Notes under the pieces: generated by a model
What the model was told of the DNA's origin: nothing
The model's input: the letters and a program-made list of their open reading frames with translations, nothing else
The model's database searches: none
Assembly (NCBI GenBank): GCA_030141605.1
Contig: JAQGDQ010000650.1
Span: 1-64,000 of the forward strand
Source: Tubiluchus corallicola
Lineage: Eukaryota; Animalia; Priapulida
Direction: 5' to 3'
Length of the DNA stretch: 64,000 bases
Program-made: the position numbers and the translations under genes
Shown: positions 35,501 through 50,500 of the stretch, piece by piece
Layout of the letters: every line of letters starts with the position of its first letter
How positions within the stretch are numbered: position 1 is the stretch's first letter

Positions 35501-38500
35501 TGTGGAGGTAAGTTGGAACGAGAGGAAGAACAAGCACATACACTTTTTCTTGACCCGCCAATATCAAAAGTGAATTCAGAAGCATACTATACACAACTTC
35601 GCAATGATTTGTTACCCAACGCTCATTGGCTTATCTACAGGAAAACTGCATTTTTCAGCAAGATGGTACTACATATCTCAAAAACTGGCAAACACAGCAC
35701 ATGAAGAGAGCACACTAAAATTCATAATTAATAGATGAATGGCCACCAGAATTACCAGACCATAATTCCAGGCTGTGGTATATAGGATTTCCTTAAAAAG
35801 GAAGTGCACAACAGCCGCACAGAAGCTGTTTGATGCAAAGGAACTAAAGACAAAAATTGTTGTGTGCTTGGACCGAATACCCTTAAGAAGTGAGAAACTG
35901 TATCAGCTGTTGGAAGAAAGGAATTCGTCTAGTTTGAAGTGAAAGTGATGGACACAGAGTGGTTGCTGAAAAGTTTAACAATAGTGATGCAAATTTTTTC
36001 TGCTATTTATTTTTTGACTTGTTGTTTTAAAACTTCTGTATCATTGGAAAAATCTAAAGTAATGACTTAAAATTTTTGATGTTTATACATAAAAATCTAT
36101 AACATATAGTATAAGTGTGGTAATTTTCAAGTGAATCTGTTATTTTCTTCTTACAATATCGTGACCATAGCATGACTTCAGCATATTTTTGCCACTTGAC
36201 ATAAGGATGAAAATCTGTCTGTGTGTGTCCCGTACCCACTCTTTCTGAATAGATATCAAACATGGCATCCAAGATAACACTCACAACTGTGGACTCAACT
36301 AGTTTGGCATAACATAAGAATGAGAATGAGGTGACTTCTAATTTTTTAGGACAGTTTTGTACACTCTTTGTACAGCTTTCTGTATGACATAGAATTTTTT
36401 AGTGTTTTGCTGTCACATTTATTCTAAACTTATTAGGCATGAATGTTATTGCTATTCAGGTTTGGAGATGGTTACATCATGATTGGTTTCTCACTTGGTT
36501 ATTTCATAGTAATATCGACACATATGAAGGAGATTGGGCAGGTACTTTTTAATACGATTTGATACGACCTATTGATTGTTATAAGCAGTGGTTTGCATCC
36601 AAGATTACATAAAGTGTGGCATAATAGACTTTAAACTGCCATTTGTTGATAGGTTTGTGTGCTTGTGCAGTTTGTGAAAACATGAAATTTTTGCAATAAG
36701 CCGTCTTAATAATGTTAATAATTTAATCGTTAGTTAAGCCATATTTCATGAAAAATTAATATTACCACCTATAAATTTGTTTCACTGATGAGTTTTAGCT
36801 TTAACGTAAAAGTGCACATTATAAGTCTCCACAGCATATCTTTTATGTTAAGCATTCAGCTTATTTAGATTGTTTCTTTCTAAATGATTTTGTTACAGGA
36901 ACTGTTTCAATCCAGAAACCATAAAGACACTTTGTCAGACACTGCTATATGTGAGAAGCTAAACAAGTGTGCTTCATGTGGTGATAATGAGTAAGTTATT
37001 TGTTTGTTAGATTTCATTTTATTTGTTAAAAAACTTGTAAATTCTGCAGGGATGGTGGCATATAGTCATTTTCAACACATGCACATTGCCGTTTTTAAGA
37101 AAAAAGTTTCACTATCTAAGGTCTAGCTTAACAATAGTGGTGTATTTTAGCAAAATGTTTTATTAAGCAAATGATGAAGCCATGTTTTCAGAGGAAATAA
37201 TGTAAGTATATGAGGACTAGTTCCAGCAACATCTGACTCTAAAACCAACTCACCTTATGTAAATTAAAATTAGCTAAAAAACAGACCGGTGGGAAAGCTT
37301 CCCCTGGGTGGTTTTATCTGCTACACTGCCAACATAAATGCAGGTGAAATCATTGACACAACTTTCTCAAATGCTAGCCATTAATAACCATGTCTTTATG
37401 TGGTGCTGACATGCGCCAGCATTTGATTATGAAAACCTTATTGAATCTTAGGCGATAATTATGGTTCATTTGATTCAAACAGAAAACTGTTGAAATTCTT
37501 TAATTTCGTTTCTCTCTCTGAATAAGTAAAAGGAATGTGTTTCACTTTACGAACACATATTTTTTGCATTATTATTGTTGTAATAATGTATTTCTGTTTT
37601 TATAGTATAAAGATATTGGATCTCTCTGATTTAAAAGAAGTGTTTGCTATCCTAACCTTGGAAGATGAAAGATCGCCTTTTGATAAAATTCAGTGGACAG
37701 AAGATGGCCAGTTACTAGCTGTATCTTCCACTAAGGGTGGTCTTCACGTTTTTCTTACTAAGCTTCCTATGCTAGGGGCAGCTCACATGGCTCGATTGGC
37801 TTATCTTACATCTTTGTTGGAAGTTACTGTCATATCTAATGTAGAAACTGTAAGTATGTTTTTTTTGTAAACATTTTTGTTATCAGTTTTTATTTAATCT
37901 AGTTTAGACCTATACTAATGATTGCTAATGAATGAAGGCACATGTTAAAAAAATTGTTATCGATAAAAGAATGACACAACGCCTTTACATTTAAATGTAC
38001 GTGTGTCATTTAACTGATCATTTGGTGGAGAGCGGGTGAATCAAATAATTAATTACCACCATTAAGTCAAACTGTTAGTGGTTAGTCCTGTGATTACTGT
38101 GTAGGTGGTGAACTGGAGTTAAAGACATTTTCTTTATGTCAAATCCCGTCAATTCTCGTGCACTGAGCATAAAATCCCCGCATTTGATTCCTTGCCAATC
38201 TTGTGCATTCTCAGCTTGTAAATATGAGCATACATATTTGCGTGATAATAAATTATCAGGAAACAAGTTTTGTTAGCCTCTAATAATCTTACCTGCCAGA
38301 TATGTAAGAAAATTTGATAGCTTTGTTTGCCAACACTTCCTGTTACTTGTTAAGGTTGGCGAGTGAGACTACCTTGTATCAAACTTCATCAGTGTAGCTG
38401 CCGAAATATATGTTAAGTGCTGAACTGATTTACACTAGTAAAGTTCTTATTTCTGATTAAGAGATTATTTCATAAATAGCTAGATATTAAATACATTTAT

Positions 38501-41500
38501 GATGTAATTAGCTTAACAAGCCAAATGATTTAGGCTTCATGCAAAGCTTAAGTCTACACTACTTTTTTCGTCACATTATTCCTTAGTTAATATAAAACTA
38601 CAGTAGGCGCCGCTTAATCGACTCACTTTGGGACTGACGTGTTTTGACCCAATTAACCGACTGACTATTAACCGATGGGTGTAGTATTACAGCTATATAA
38701 GTATGAGTCACCAGCTTACTATGCACTACAAAGGTTTTTAATGAATTTTAGAAACGAAGTAATGTCTAAATTCCTTTGTGCAGTTAAAAATTAGAAGACA
38801 TATTTTTAAATATTAATTTATATATGTGAATTAACAATAAATTAAAAGTATACTTTTCTAAATTATAGACTTTTCTAAAGTGTTTATTTGCAAAAATTAC
38901 AAAAATTCCTTCAAAGTCGGCTCGTTCATTTTCCACGAAGAAGTTGGCCCACAAAGTTCTCGTAATTATAAAAATGTTGAAAATCTGTTGTTGTGTGACT
39001 AAAACAATTCTGAATCGTCTGCTCACTTACATTGCTCTTATTTGCTGTACGATGTTTAGTGTTGTAAGTCACAAGGAATACCGGCTGATTACTGTACCTG
39101 CATCTTTGACTGTTAACTCATTAAGCCTGAAAGCGTGATTTGCAACGAGAGCATCAAAATGGAACTGCTAGACAAATGATTAAATGTTTAGCTTCCAGAA
39201 ATTCTTTGGGTAACAGTGGGCGAGCGGGTAACAGATTCCAAGCAAAACCGCTACGCTAGCATATTAGTACATGATAAACAAACCTGCTTATAAACGAAAC
39301 TGTACTTAACATCATTGTTTCTGCATACATAGTGCACAAAAGGAAAGTAAAGATGACATAAAAATAAAAACGCTCTTTTGGCACATACAAATATCTTATT
39401 TTCAGTAGGTGAAGGAAAAATATTGAGTCAAATATGCGGAGTTCTTTGAGTCAATTACCGATAGTTTTTATGTATATTTGAATAGAAGCGGCCTGTTCCA
39501 GGCGGTTTTGAGTCAATAAAGAGATTAAGTCTATTAACTTTGAGTCTATTAAGTGGCGCCTACTGTTTTGGAGTTTATTTTTGCGTAATTATCATTTAAA
39601 TATTTACTATGTAGTCTTATTGTTATTTTGTAGCTACAAAAACTATTAAAACAATCACTTAGAATAATGTTTCACTAATTTTGTAGCTACGCCATTAAAA
39701 ATTTAAAAATAATAATTTTATTTCTGCACTTGGCTACGTCACTCACTATGCTGGGAACTTATAAAAAAACTTTTCATTGTTGACACTTTGATTTCCACCA
39801 AGGTAATATCAATGCAATGTCACCTAGGAGCACTGGTTTTACTGTAATAACTAATGTAGGTATACTGTGCTATAAATTTCTATGACGTTTTTCCAGTACG
39901 GATGTCTGTAATTGGTAAATGAGGTATTCTGCAGTCTCATCTTTTATGATATCTTTATGTCGTTGACATCATGTTATTTAATCTTCAAAATTTTCTTCTA
40001 CAAAAATAACAGCAAAATTATTAATGAAGCTGCTATTAATAGACCACGTTAATTTGAGTCTAGTTCGGGTGTTTTACTTATGCACTTTCTACACATTTTC
40101 TTAGATGCAAGAGGATGTTCCAACAATAATTCCCATTGATGTTGAGCCAACATTTATAGGTCTTGGACCACTACATCTTGCTGTAGGAATGAACAATCGC
40201 ATCTGGTTTTATTATTTAGGAGAAAACGGTACTTTGTGATATAGCTGTCATACATTAATAATTAAATAATGCTGATCTCTTTTTGCTTGTTAGATTTTCT
40301 GTTTAATAAGAAAATATTGTTTGGTCTTTAATTGTGTAGATTTTATTCTTGTTTGAAACTTTCTTCGTGAGTGTTTCTCTGCAGCTCCTTCTTGCTTTTG
40401 AGATTTTTGTCTTTAGTGAATTTAAAAATTTTTAGAACAGGGTTTTACCAGTACAAATAAGTTACTGTATTGATCCCATTTCATGGCCTCGCGATACATG
40501 TAATTAGTTAAGTTTTGTAAGATTCATGAGAATAAAGAAGGTTTCATACTTTAGAGTGAATGGGCATACAGTTATTTTATACTTGCATACTTCTGTGTTT
40601 ATTTTATACTTGCATACTTCTGTGTCTTACATGTAAGTCAGCTAAAACTGTGACTTAAATTAACTGTTAAATTTACATATCTGTTGTAGGCTCCATAAAG
40701 CTGCAATTTTAGATTCTGCATTAGTTTTATCAGCAGATATCTGGATCTATGTTAGACTAGGATTGCTTTGCAATATGCGTTTGTTTTGGCTATAGGTTTT
40801 ATGACCAAAAGGCTGTGATGCATCTATGATATTGTAATAGCTTTTTTGACTATTAAGCCTGTTGGAAAAGTTAAGTTACCTGACAAATTATTGATGTTAA
40901 CTTGTCAACTCTCGTGCACTGGGCATAAGATCCCTGCATTTGATAATGTACTTGATTACTTGCCCACTGACGTAGATCCCTGCCAACTTTGTGCATTCTC
41001 AGCCTGTAAATATGAACGTGCCATCTGTGTGTGATAATAAATTATCAGGAAACAGCAAGTTTTGTCTTGCAGGCCAAATATCTAAAAAACATAGATAGCT
41101 TTGTTTGCCAATATTTCCTGTTACTTGTTAAAGTTGGCGAGTGAGACTAGCTTGTATCAAATTTCAGCAGTTTAGCTGCCGAAATATATGTTAATGACTG
41201 TACTGATTTATACTAATAAAGTTCTTATTTCAGATTAAGAGATTGTTGCATAAATAGTTAGATATAATCAACATAAACAATAGCATGCACTAGCAAGTTT
41301 TCCCATGAAACAATTTGGTACGAAAGTCAGCATATTTGTGCAGTCAAGTTACTATTGATTAATTTGATTTACAGTGAGATTTGTCGAGGTAAATTTTTGT
41401 AAAGGCAACAGTCTTTGTCATCTGGCCTCAGATCATGCCTGATGCTGAAATGAGTGCCATTTCATTTCAGGTACCATGACATAAAAGCAGCAAATAAGCT

Positions 41501-44500
41501 AAATTATCATAGAAGGAATTGATCTTTTAATTAGTTACTAATAATTAATACTTTTGTTACAGGACCAGAAAGACTGCGTGACAGGGAATACCTGGGTACG
41601 GTACAGAGTGTTAAACTGAATTCTGATCATGCTGCTGTGCTGTTTGAAGGCAAAATTCAACTGCATATTGTAAGTTATTAAGCTCGCAATGAAGCAGAAA
41701 ACCAGCAGAACGTTGGAATTTGACTTGCTATTTAATGTTTTTTTGGCCGTTGTAGCAAAAATTGTTTTTGTGTATATAAATGTCTCCTCTATGTGCTTTT
41801 GTTTTAGAGTACATGTATAAATGTATAATCGGGTAGGCTGCATAAAAGGCAAATCATTATCATTTTTCTTCTCTCGGTGATCGGTATCAGAACGGGTGTA
41901 TTACTGATTGAGCAGAACATTCATGCCTTTACCCGAAATAGAATCTTTACATCATGCCTTTACCCATCTACCCTGCTAGAGAATGTAAAAAAATATCTGT
42001 TAATGCAGCAGGCAGAATAGGTGTGCCCGACTGCTCTTAACTGGGTAATAACACCAATTAATTAACACCAATAATACAGCAGATTAATAATGAGCTTTTG
42101 GCTTATTGAACCGCTAAAGTTGAGATGACTTTCAACTAGTTTGTCATTCAAAGTTAATTCACGGTATGCCAAACCTTTGATAACTAGATATGCTAGGCCC
42201 TTGAATAAAACTAGGTAAATCTGATTACCCGGCATTTTTCTGTTATCCGGACTTTTCGACCTTTCAGAATCGTACTATTCGGATAGTCGAGCTTCTGCTG
42301 TAGTACTTTTTTGTTTTATAAAATTTTACGAATATAAAATCTTCCTACATATGTATTCTCATCGGGGGATGAATTTCAACACTACAAAATTAAAAACTAT
42401 TTGTTTATTGAACATTTCAAAACACACACAAACAGATTAACAAATTTTAATATTCATCTATAGTTAGTTATTCTTTCTCATATTGTGCTGACAAGACGTT
42501 TTAAATTAACTTGCCTGGATAAACCGTAAAACAAAAAATTTAGATTGAACACGATGGCACAATCCCAGAGGAGAGAGAGGCCAGGCTTTTTCCCCAAGAA
42601 GATCACAGTGATGAAACTATTGTATGCCATACTATGACTCCTGAGTTTCTCATATATGCTACAAATGTAAGTCACCGAAAATTCGCTTTACGATGATGGT
42701 GCAATCAGACTAGCGAGTTTTCTTGCAAGAGTTTTCTCTCTGACTAGAATGTTTTAACACCTTTGCAAGCTACTACGAGTTTACTTGGCGAATTTCTACA
42801 AATTTGCTTGGCAAACTACTGCCAGTTTACTTGGCGAGAAAACTTGTTAGTCTAACATGCGTTTTTCAGTGGGATTATTAAATGAATTGTACAACATAGT
42901 CGTAGTTTTTGATATTGTGGTTTAGTTTAGATGTGATCTTTAAATGACTATACACTTTTTATCTGTTGTGTAAGTTTCCACGAGTACTTGTAATTTATTT
43001 ACTTCATTTACCTTGCATCATAAGCTTTTAGAATACATCTTTGTTTTAGGTTAAGAATATTTGTGTAAAGGGTTAAGTGATTTTAAATTTGTAAAAATCT
43101 GTAATTTTACTAAGTACATTTGTGTATTTTATATAGACCCATTTTATTTTTGCACAGTTATATTTGATGTCTATTACATTTTTACACTCAAATCATCATT
43201 GTAGTGTAAGCTAATTGTTTTTGTAATTGATGGTGTACACTGTCTAGTCATAAGACTTCCACACTTGTTCTTTAACTTTTTTGTTGTTTATTTATATGTA
43301 TATCTTGGCGTATTTCTCTGCTTAATTTCGGGTAATAATTACCTTACTTACCTGGTTGTAGAATGGTGGCTTGTACATCTTCTTCGTAGAGGACTGGGAG
43401 CATGTTTTGACTTATCGACACATCGTTACTGTAAAGAACATATACCCTGATCCCAATGGCTCCCGAATGGCATTCATAGATGAAAAAACTGACTGCTATA
43501 TAATGAATCCTGTAAGCATTAGCCTGTTGATTTATTCAAAGTACATTTATTGTAACCAATTTACTCAGTAAGCTAGTGATTGTTGTATGCAAAAAATTCA
43601 CAGGTATAGTGCAATACTTAATACCTGAAAAACACCAGAAAGTAAGGCTACTTGTTTATTTCATGTTTCAGATTAATGAAGAATTAGTGGAAGTGCCTAA
43701 CATTTCTGTTAGTGTAAAAGGGCTTTTGTGGGAACAACAGGCTAATGATAAGGTAATTAATGCTTTGCTTCTTTTCACTTCAAATTTTTTACACATCCTA
43801 AAACACCTGCACCTTCAATAGCTCTTTCTGCTGCATTTTTGTCAGTGGTCAAAACTGGTGTCATATACCACTATAGCTCTTAACAAAACATTACAATAAC
43901 TGCTTCTTTTTTCCTTAATTAAATTTGAACTTGGGTTGAACTATATGTTACAATGCGCGATATATCAGTATTTTGTAAGCTGATTTGCAAACCAACTTTT
44001 GCCCTGTATCGATATATTGTTGGGCTAATAAAAGTCGCCATTAGTAATGAAACTAATCGTTAAATAGCCTAATTGAACTATTATGTAAAATAATTCGAAA
44101 AACTCAGTTCAGTATAGTGTAATAACAAACAGCAGTTAATTTTTTGCCCATTAATATAATGACGTAGACAACAGAGAGCCACTATATATACCATGAATCA
44201 TTATGACTCATTCGTGTCCCGCATGTAAACTGCTTTGTAATTTGCCAATAACCAGCCAAACATTGCATTGCACTACCTTCCGGAAAATGTTTTTCTGAAG
44301 TTGCATTGAAGTTTGAAATCATGGAAGTAGTTACTAAGTCTTTAATAGAGGCAGTTGTGGTATTTCCTTTATGCTATCATAAGTCATTATACTATTTAAA
44401 CAAACAGATGTTATGGTAATTGTAAGAAGGGTGCCACATTCATTAAATAGCTCATGCAATAAAATTATGAAAGTCAGATCGAGAAGCTGCTGCTTTGTCA

Positions 44501-47500
44501 TATTCTCACTCATTTGTGTGGGTATTTGACTGTTTGGCACTTATTACATGAAACCATTTGAGCAAACAATTCTCCTGTTGTGTAGTCTAGGACACATAAA
44601 ATTATAAATGCATAAGAGAAAAATTAGCCTCCCATTTTTCTCAATTGGTCAAAGGACTTTTAACTCTGTGATCATTAATAATAGAATGACAGCCTTTGAG
44701 CTGCAAGCATGTGCAGCATACTCTGTGGAGACTCTCAGACAGCAGTTTTTATCATTAAATTAAGTGTGGTATCAGCAAAAACTAAGAAACTATATGTATT
44801 TTAAGCATTCACTTCCTGGGTTAAGTACAAACAAATTCTCATACCTATTACTAACATATTAGTTACTAGTAGAGAAAAGTAATATTATTTAGAAAGACTA
44901 AACTAAATGAACACGTTTACATGTTGTAAACGTGACAGCCCAGAATACACATTAATAATCCTTTTTTTCAACTATTATTTTAAAGTGCTCTATTTGTAGT
45001 TTTGACATGCAAAAAAGCTTGTTTTAGTAGATGCTACAGTCATAACATTGGCAGCATCGTCTACATGGTCAGATTTAGATGAAGAAATGTTGAATATTTC
45101 ATAATTCACAATTCCTCCTTGAAAGACATAATTAAGATGATATTGCTAAATACCATTGTACAATAAAATACAATAGTACAGTAAGGTTAGTACGTCACAT
45201 AATTTTTTGTCTTTGAGTTTGATGACAATATAACATTTTGTTATAGAATAATGGACTGACAATGTATGGGAGCATTCAAATTAATTAAAAATGCATCCTA
45301 CTGTTTAACAGTGCTGTGCAAAATTTTATAACATAGGAGTATAAATTTTGTTGCTTGCCATAAAATCTTGACTCTTTTTAGGGTACCTTTATCATATATG
45401 ATGATGAAAAGATGCACACATACTTCTATAGTAAAGAATCTATTCAAGGTACGTTACATTTTGCTATATTTAGCAAGTTTTGCTGTTATTGTAATAGGTA
45501 CGATACTTTTTTGCTATATGTAGCAAGTTTTGTTGTTAATGCATAGAAACTTACGACATTTATGACTATTTATACATACATACATACATATCCTCTCCTA
45601 TTTGAAGGCACTAAGATGCCTATTTACAGATTGTTAATCTACCATCAAACTTGGCTGGCATCCATCTGCCGATTCCTCTCTGCTGATGGGTCATCTAGCA
45701 TCACCTAAAAAAGTGGGAGGTGTTTATAATCATACAAGAGTTGAGCCAGTCATTTGACCAGTGTGTGAATTTGCTCATGACAAGCTTTAATAATGTTTAC
45801 TATTAAAGCATTTACGACATGTTCGGGCACTATTCCACAACTGAACGACACGTTGCAAAAATATTTTCTTAATGTTAAACAATTTCTTTGTTGGAAAAGC
45901 TTTTTACAGTGACCCTGATCTGAGTTGCACTACGTACCAAGCTTGAAGGTGACACACAGTAATCATTCAACAGGTTGTGTAGCAAAATTATATCACCATC
46001 TTAATCTGTGGTATTAACGAGTTTGAAGTTTCAAATGGCGTAACCTTCAGAAATCATTCTTGTGGGTTTTCTTTGAACTTGTTCCGAGACCTTTGTATCT
46101 TGTAAGTAACTAGTTGACCACACTAACTTGATAATACTCTAATGATAGCCTCAGAATAGCTGTGTAAAGCTGAAGTAGTAAGCCCTTATCTAAGAACGAA
46201 GCCAAATTTCCATCCTGTTTCATGTGATAATCAAAGTCAGGATGTTCTCTTTCTACACGAAGTATCACACATTTTAGGGGATGGAAAGGTATGTGCTATT
46301 AATCTGATGTAGCTTCTGATCTATCAACATCAGACTGCAAATTCATGAAATTGGAGGCTATTTGACCTCTATAAACACTTTTGAATCATCTGCAAAAAAA
46401 TGTATCATTTTTGGTAGATCACTTATAGTAACCAAAAATAAAATTGGTGCAAACACACTACTTTGCAGTATTCCCCATAGTACATCCCTGCTTGCTCACA
46501 TTGACACATGGAAGCGCTGATTGCTTTTTTCCCTGTCGAAATGCACTGATCTATTCCAAAAACAATCCAGAAATGCCATTGCTAGAAAGCTTTGACAAAA
46601 GGTGCTATATCAAAAGCTTTCATAAAATGCAGGTAGCATGAATCCCTTGTATCACCACTATCTAAAATTTCCGTCCATGCTTCTAGAGTTTGCAGCAATT
46701 GAGTGGCAGTTGATAGTTTACATTTGAACCAATGTTGGTGCCAAAATAACATGCTTTGGTCTGACAAATTACTGAAAAGTTTATCTCTAGCGAGTTTTTC
46801 AAGTACTTTCAATGCAACAGAGGTTAAGCTAATTGGGTAACTGTTTGAAGCATCATGTCTATCTCCTTTCTTGAAAATTGGAGATACAATACCCATTTTC
46901 CAGTCGTCAGCAAGCTTGCCGCTGTTTAAAGAAAGTCTAAATATGTAATACAAAGGTTGGCTGACTAACAGCGTCTCCAGTTTCTTTCAAAATTCATGGG
47001 GTACATTGTCAGTACCAGGATCTTTGATAGCATTAAGATTTCAAAATTATTTCCTATTCTAGCAAATGCCCATCATTTTTTGTTTCAAAAATAGAAACAT
47101 TTGTGAGAACTTTCCAAACAAAGAAATCATTGTAACAGTCATTGATGACCTCAGCCTTGCCATAGTCTTCCTTTATATGTCTATGTAGACTATCTAGTGC
47201 AGCTACAAAAATCCTAGATTTTGCCTTTAGAGTGAACATGCTTCTGTGGGATCATTGAGAGTTCTTTCGCATTTTAAGCTATATCGTCTTCAAACATCTT
47301 ATACATTTTCCAACAAGCCCTTGATTACGACTGTATGTGAGGACAGTGTGATTTAAAAAATGCATGGTAGAAAAGTATTAGCTATTTATTATCACTTTAA
47401 TAGTGAGTGCTTTTTTTCTAATTCCATTTTTGTGTTATTGCTATGGAAGTCATTTTTGTTGTAATCATTTTGCTTTTAATAGAATCTTTTACGGTCCATA

Positions 47501-50500
47501 CTTTAGGAGCAAAGGTTGAACTGATTGGATCGACAAAGCTATCTTACGGTCAGAAGCCATTATTGATGTGCAACGGTCAAGTCTATGTGCAAACACAGAA
47601 TGGAAAAATAAACAATTTAGATTTAGACACTCATCCGAATTCATCAGATCCAACCACTCTGAGTTTAAGTGAGGTAGGGCAAGTCGGTCATACTTTACTT
47701 TTGGTTATATATATAGTAGAATTGTGCTTTCATTTATGAACTTGCAGATATATCCTTTACCTTTTTTCTACAAACTCCAGAACTGGCAAAGCTTGTCAAA
47801 ATAATATTGTCCCTATTCCTGCGGATGCAGAGCACCAAACAAAGTAGAAACTGAATTAAAGGATGAGTTATTAACACTGCATTATCTGGACGTTTTTGTT
47901 TTGTGAAAAAATCTAGGCTACCCACAAATTTTAAAGTGCACTTGTAATAGTTTGTTTAACATTTTTATATTATACTTGTCTTTTGCAGTTAAAGGAAAAT
48001 ATACAAAGGTGCATTAAGCTACACAAGTTGAAAGAAGGTTGGCACTTTGCAGCTGTAATTGGTGGCTCGGCGTATCAGGATATCTGGAAGGAGCTAGGAC
48101 GAGCAGCTATGATGCAGCTTGATGTTGATTTTGGTAAACATTAGTTTTATCTATAACCACTATTATTATGTAAAGCAACTAGTGCACTGTACTCATTTTT
48201 GCTACCGTTTGTTTTATACAGTTTGATGCTTTATAGGGCTTGCTTCTCCTGTCGAAGGCAGAGTTAAAATCTTACTTATTTTGAATAATAATCAGCTAAA
48301 ATTAGATGTTTGAAGGAAACAACCAAAGGCAGTATAGCAGATGAAGCCACCCATCTATCTTTCAATGTACTAACCAGTAATTTATTAAGCAGGCTTGACG
48401 ATATTTAAATGTTATAGCCTTAGTGGAGGTTATGGATTAAATATCGTAGTCTGTCCAACTGATGTATTTGTTGAAAAAAATCTCTTCAATTTTTCTTTAA
48501 ATTTTTGGCATTTCTTTTTCTCTGTTTTCATTAGTTTATGATGTCGTTGTGTAAACACTATATAGTTCTTACAATCTTTGATTTATTGATAAAGTTTAAC
48601 AGAGATCCTGTATTGCCACTTCACATGCTTGTAAAGTCATGATTGATTGAGTAACTGTAATGCATAATCAACAATCACTTTGCATGTAGCTATTAGAGTG
48701 TACAGACATCTTGGAGATGCTGGGATGGTCTGGTCCTTGGAGAGCATCAAAGGCATAGAAGATAGGAATCTTCTCTCTGGATATCTTGCTATGTATCTTG
48801 ATGATTTCAGTCTAGCACAGGAGCTGTTTCTTGAATCTAGTCAACCCATGGCTGCTTTGGAGGTACAAGAATTGAATGCTTATTATTAACTCAAACTCAA
48901 ACCATAATTTATATACGAGTAATTGTAGATCTAAGGGTATCTGGATAGGGAACAATTGATTTTTTTATCAAAACAAGACATACTTGAAATGTTATAGAAG
49001 ACAGATTGCTATAGAAGCCCTTTAAATTTAATAGTCTGAATTAAAACAGGACATGCTCATGTTTTGAACACCTTTTTTGCGGTTGCACAGGACTTATTTG
49101 TGAATAATTGGTTTTATAGGATTAGTGGTTTCAGATTAGATTATGCTGGTTTTATAGGCATTTTGTACTTGTGTTGCATAATTTTAGTATGCATTAATTA
49201 GTCATCTAACTTATTGCAGATGAGAAGAGATTTGTTGCATTGGGACCAAGCACTACAACTGGCAAACAGACTTGCTCCTGATCAGATACCTTACATATCC
49301 CGCGAGTATGCACAACAGCTGGAATTTGTGTATGTTCTTAATATTTTTTGTTTCATTAATGAAAACTCTTGCTCCACTTTGAATATTTGTATTATTAGCT
49401 AATTGTATTTGCAAAAGGTAACATAACTAAAGTCTTATCACTAACACTTATGATAGAAATTTTATTCACAGAGATTTAATGAAGCTTTTGAAACTTTGTA
49501 TGATGTATTTCTACATTTGATTTAAATAAATGTTTCTTCAATTTTGTAGGCATCAATGTAACATAAAACTGTAATTTTCTGGAAGGCAAATTATGCCTTA
49601 TTTTCAGCTTCATCGTATTGCAAGAAATAGATTATGTGATGTTTTTACATTAAAACTAAAAAAATTATAATGAGTATGTGAATTAAACAAATATTCACAT
49701 TTACAGGGGTGAGTACAGCAGTGCCTTGCAACATTATGAGAAAGGTATAACAAGACAAGAAGAATATAAGGACCATGATGATACATGTATTGCTGGCATA
49801 GCACGAATGTCAATACGCATGGGTGACATTGCTCGTGGTATATCTATTACTAATGAAGTGGATAGCCGGACGTTGAAGAAAGAATGTGCAGCTATTCTGG
49901 AGAATATGAAGGTAAGAAAATTTTATACTATTCTTTTCTTTATTTCATTTTAGTGAAGTCTTCTAATAATAGCTTGCTTCAGCGCCATATATGTGCATGC
50001 AGACTTAACAGTTGTGTTGAAATGCAATAAATCTTCCCTAAATGACTCCCCTTTCAGTAATAATTCGTTGAACGTTGCATTAAGCTAGAACTTATTAGCA
50101 TGGTTAAGTGAGTTGCTCTGATGAGTGGAAGATGACATGCACTTTTGAGTTTAAAATTAGGAAAGTCGACTTTATTTATATTCAAAGCCTGCGGAGTAAC
50201 AAAGAAAATCCGTAGTAGATCACTAAGATTACATGACCTATGCAATGCAGTTGACTATAGTGCATTTACTATATTGTCTTTATATTACATTTTATTCAAT
50301 GTTTGTTTTATATAAGTTGTTAATCTGCTGCTTATAAAAATGTGTATATTACATGTCTTTGTCATCTGCTGGTTTTGGTTTTGAATATTGTAACATGCTC
50401 ATTCAGAGTATTGCTGCTTCTTAACTATTTATACTAACAAGATTAAATTATAATGCTTTATTTTTTCCATGAATTGTACCATATTGCCTACAGGCGTTAT

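Noticed and set aside
43345-43355. TACTTACCTGG, matching the U1 snRNA 5' end
   Set aside because: Only 11 nt match; the downstream sequence is a WDR19 acceptor and exon, not U1.
47750-47758. ATATCCTTT, a perfect U12 AT-AC donor
   Set aside because: It lies mid-intron; exons 17 and 18 already join in frame by GT-AG with good homology, and no matching AC acceptor is needed.
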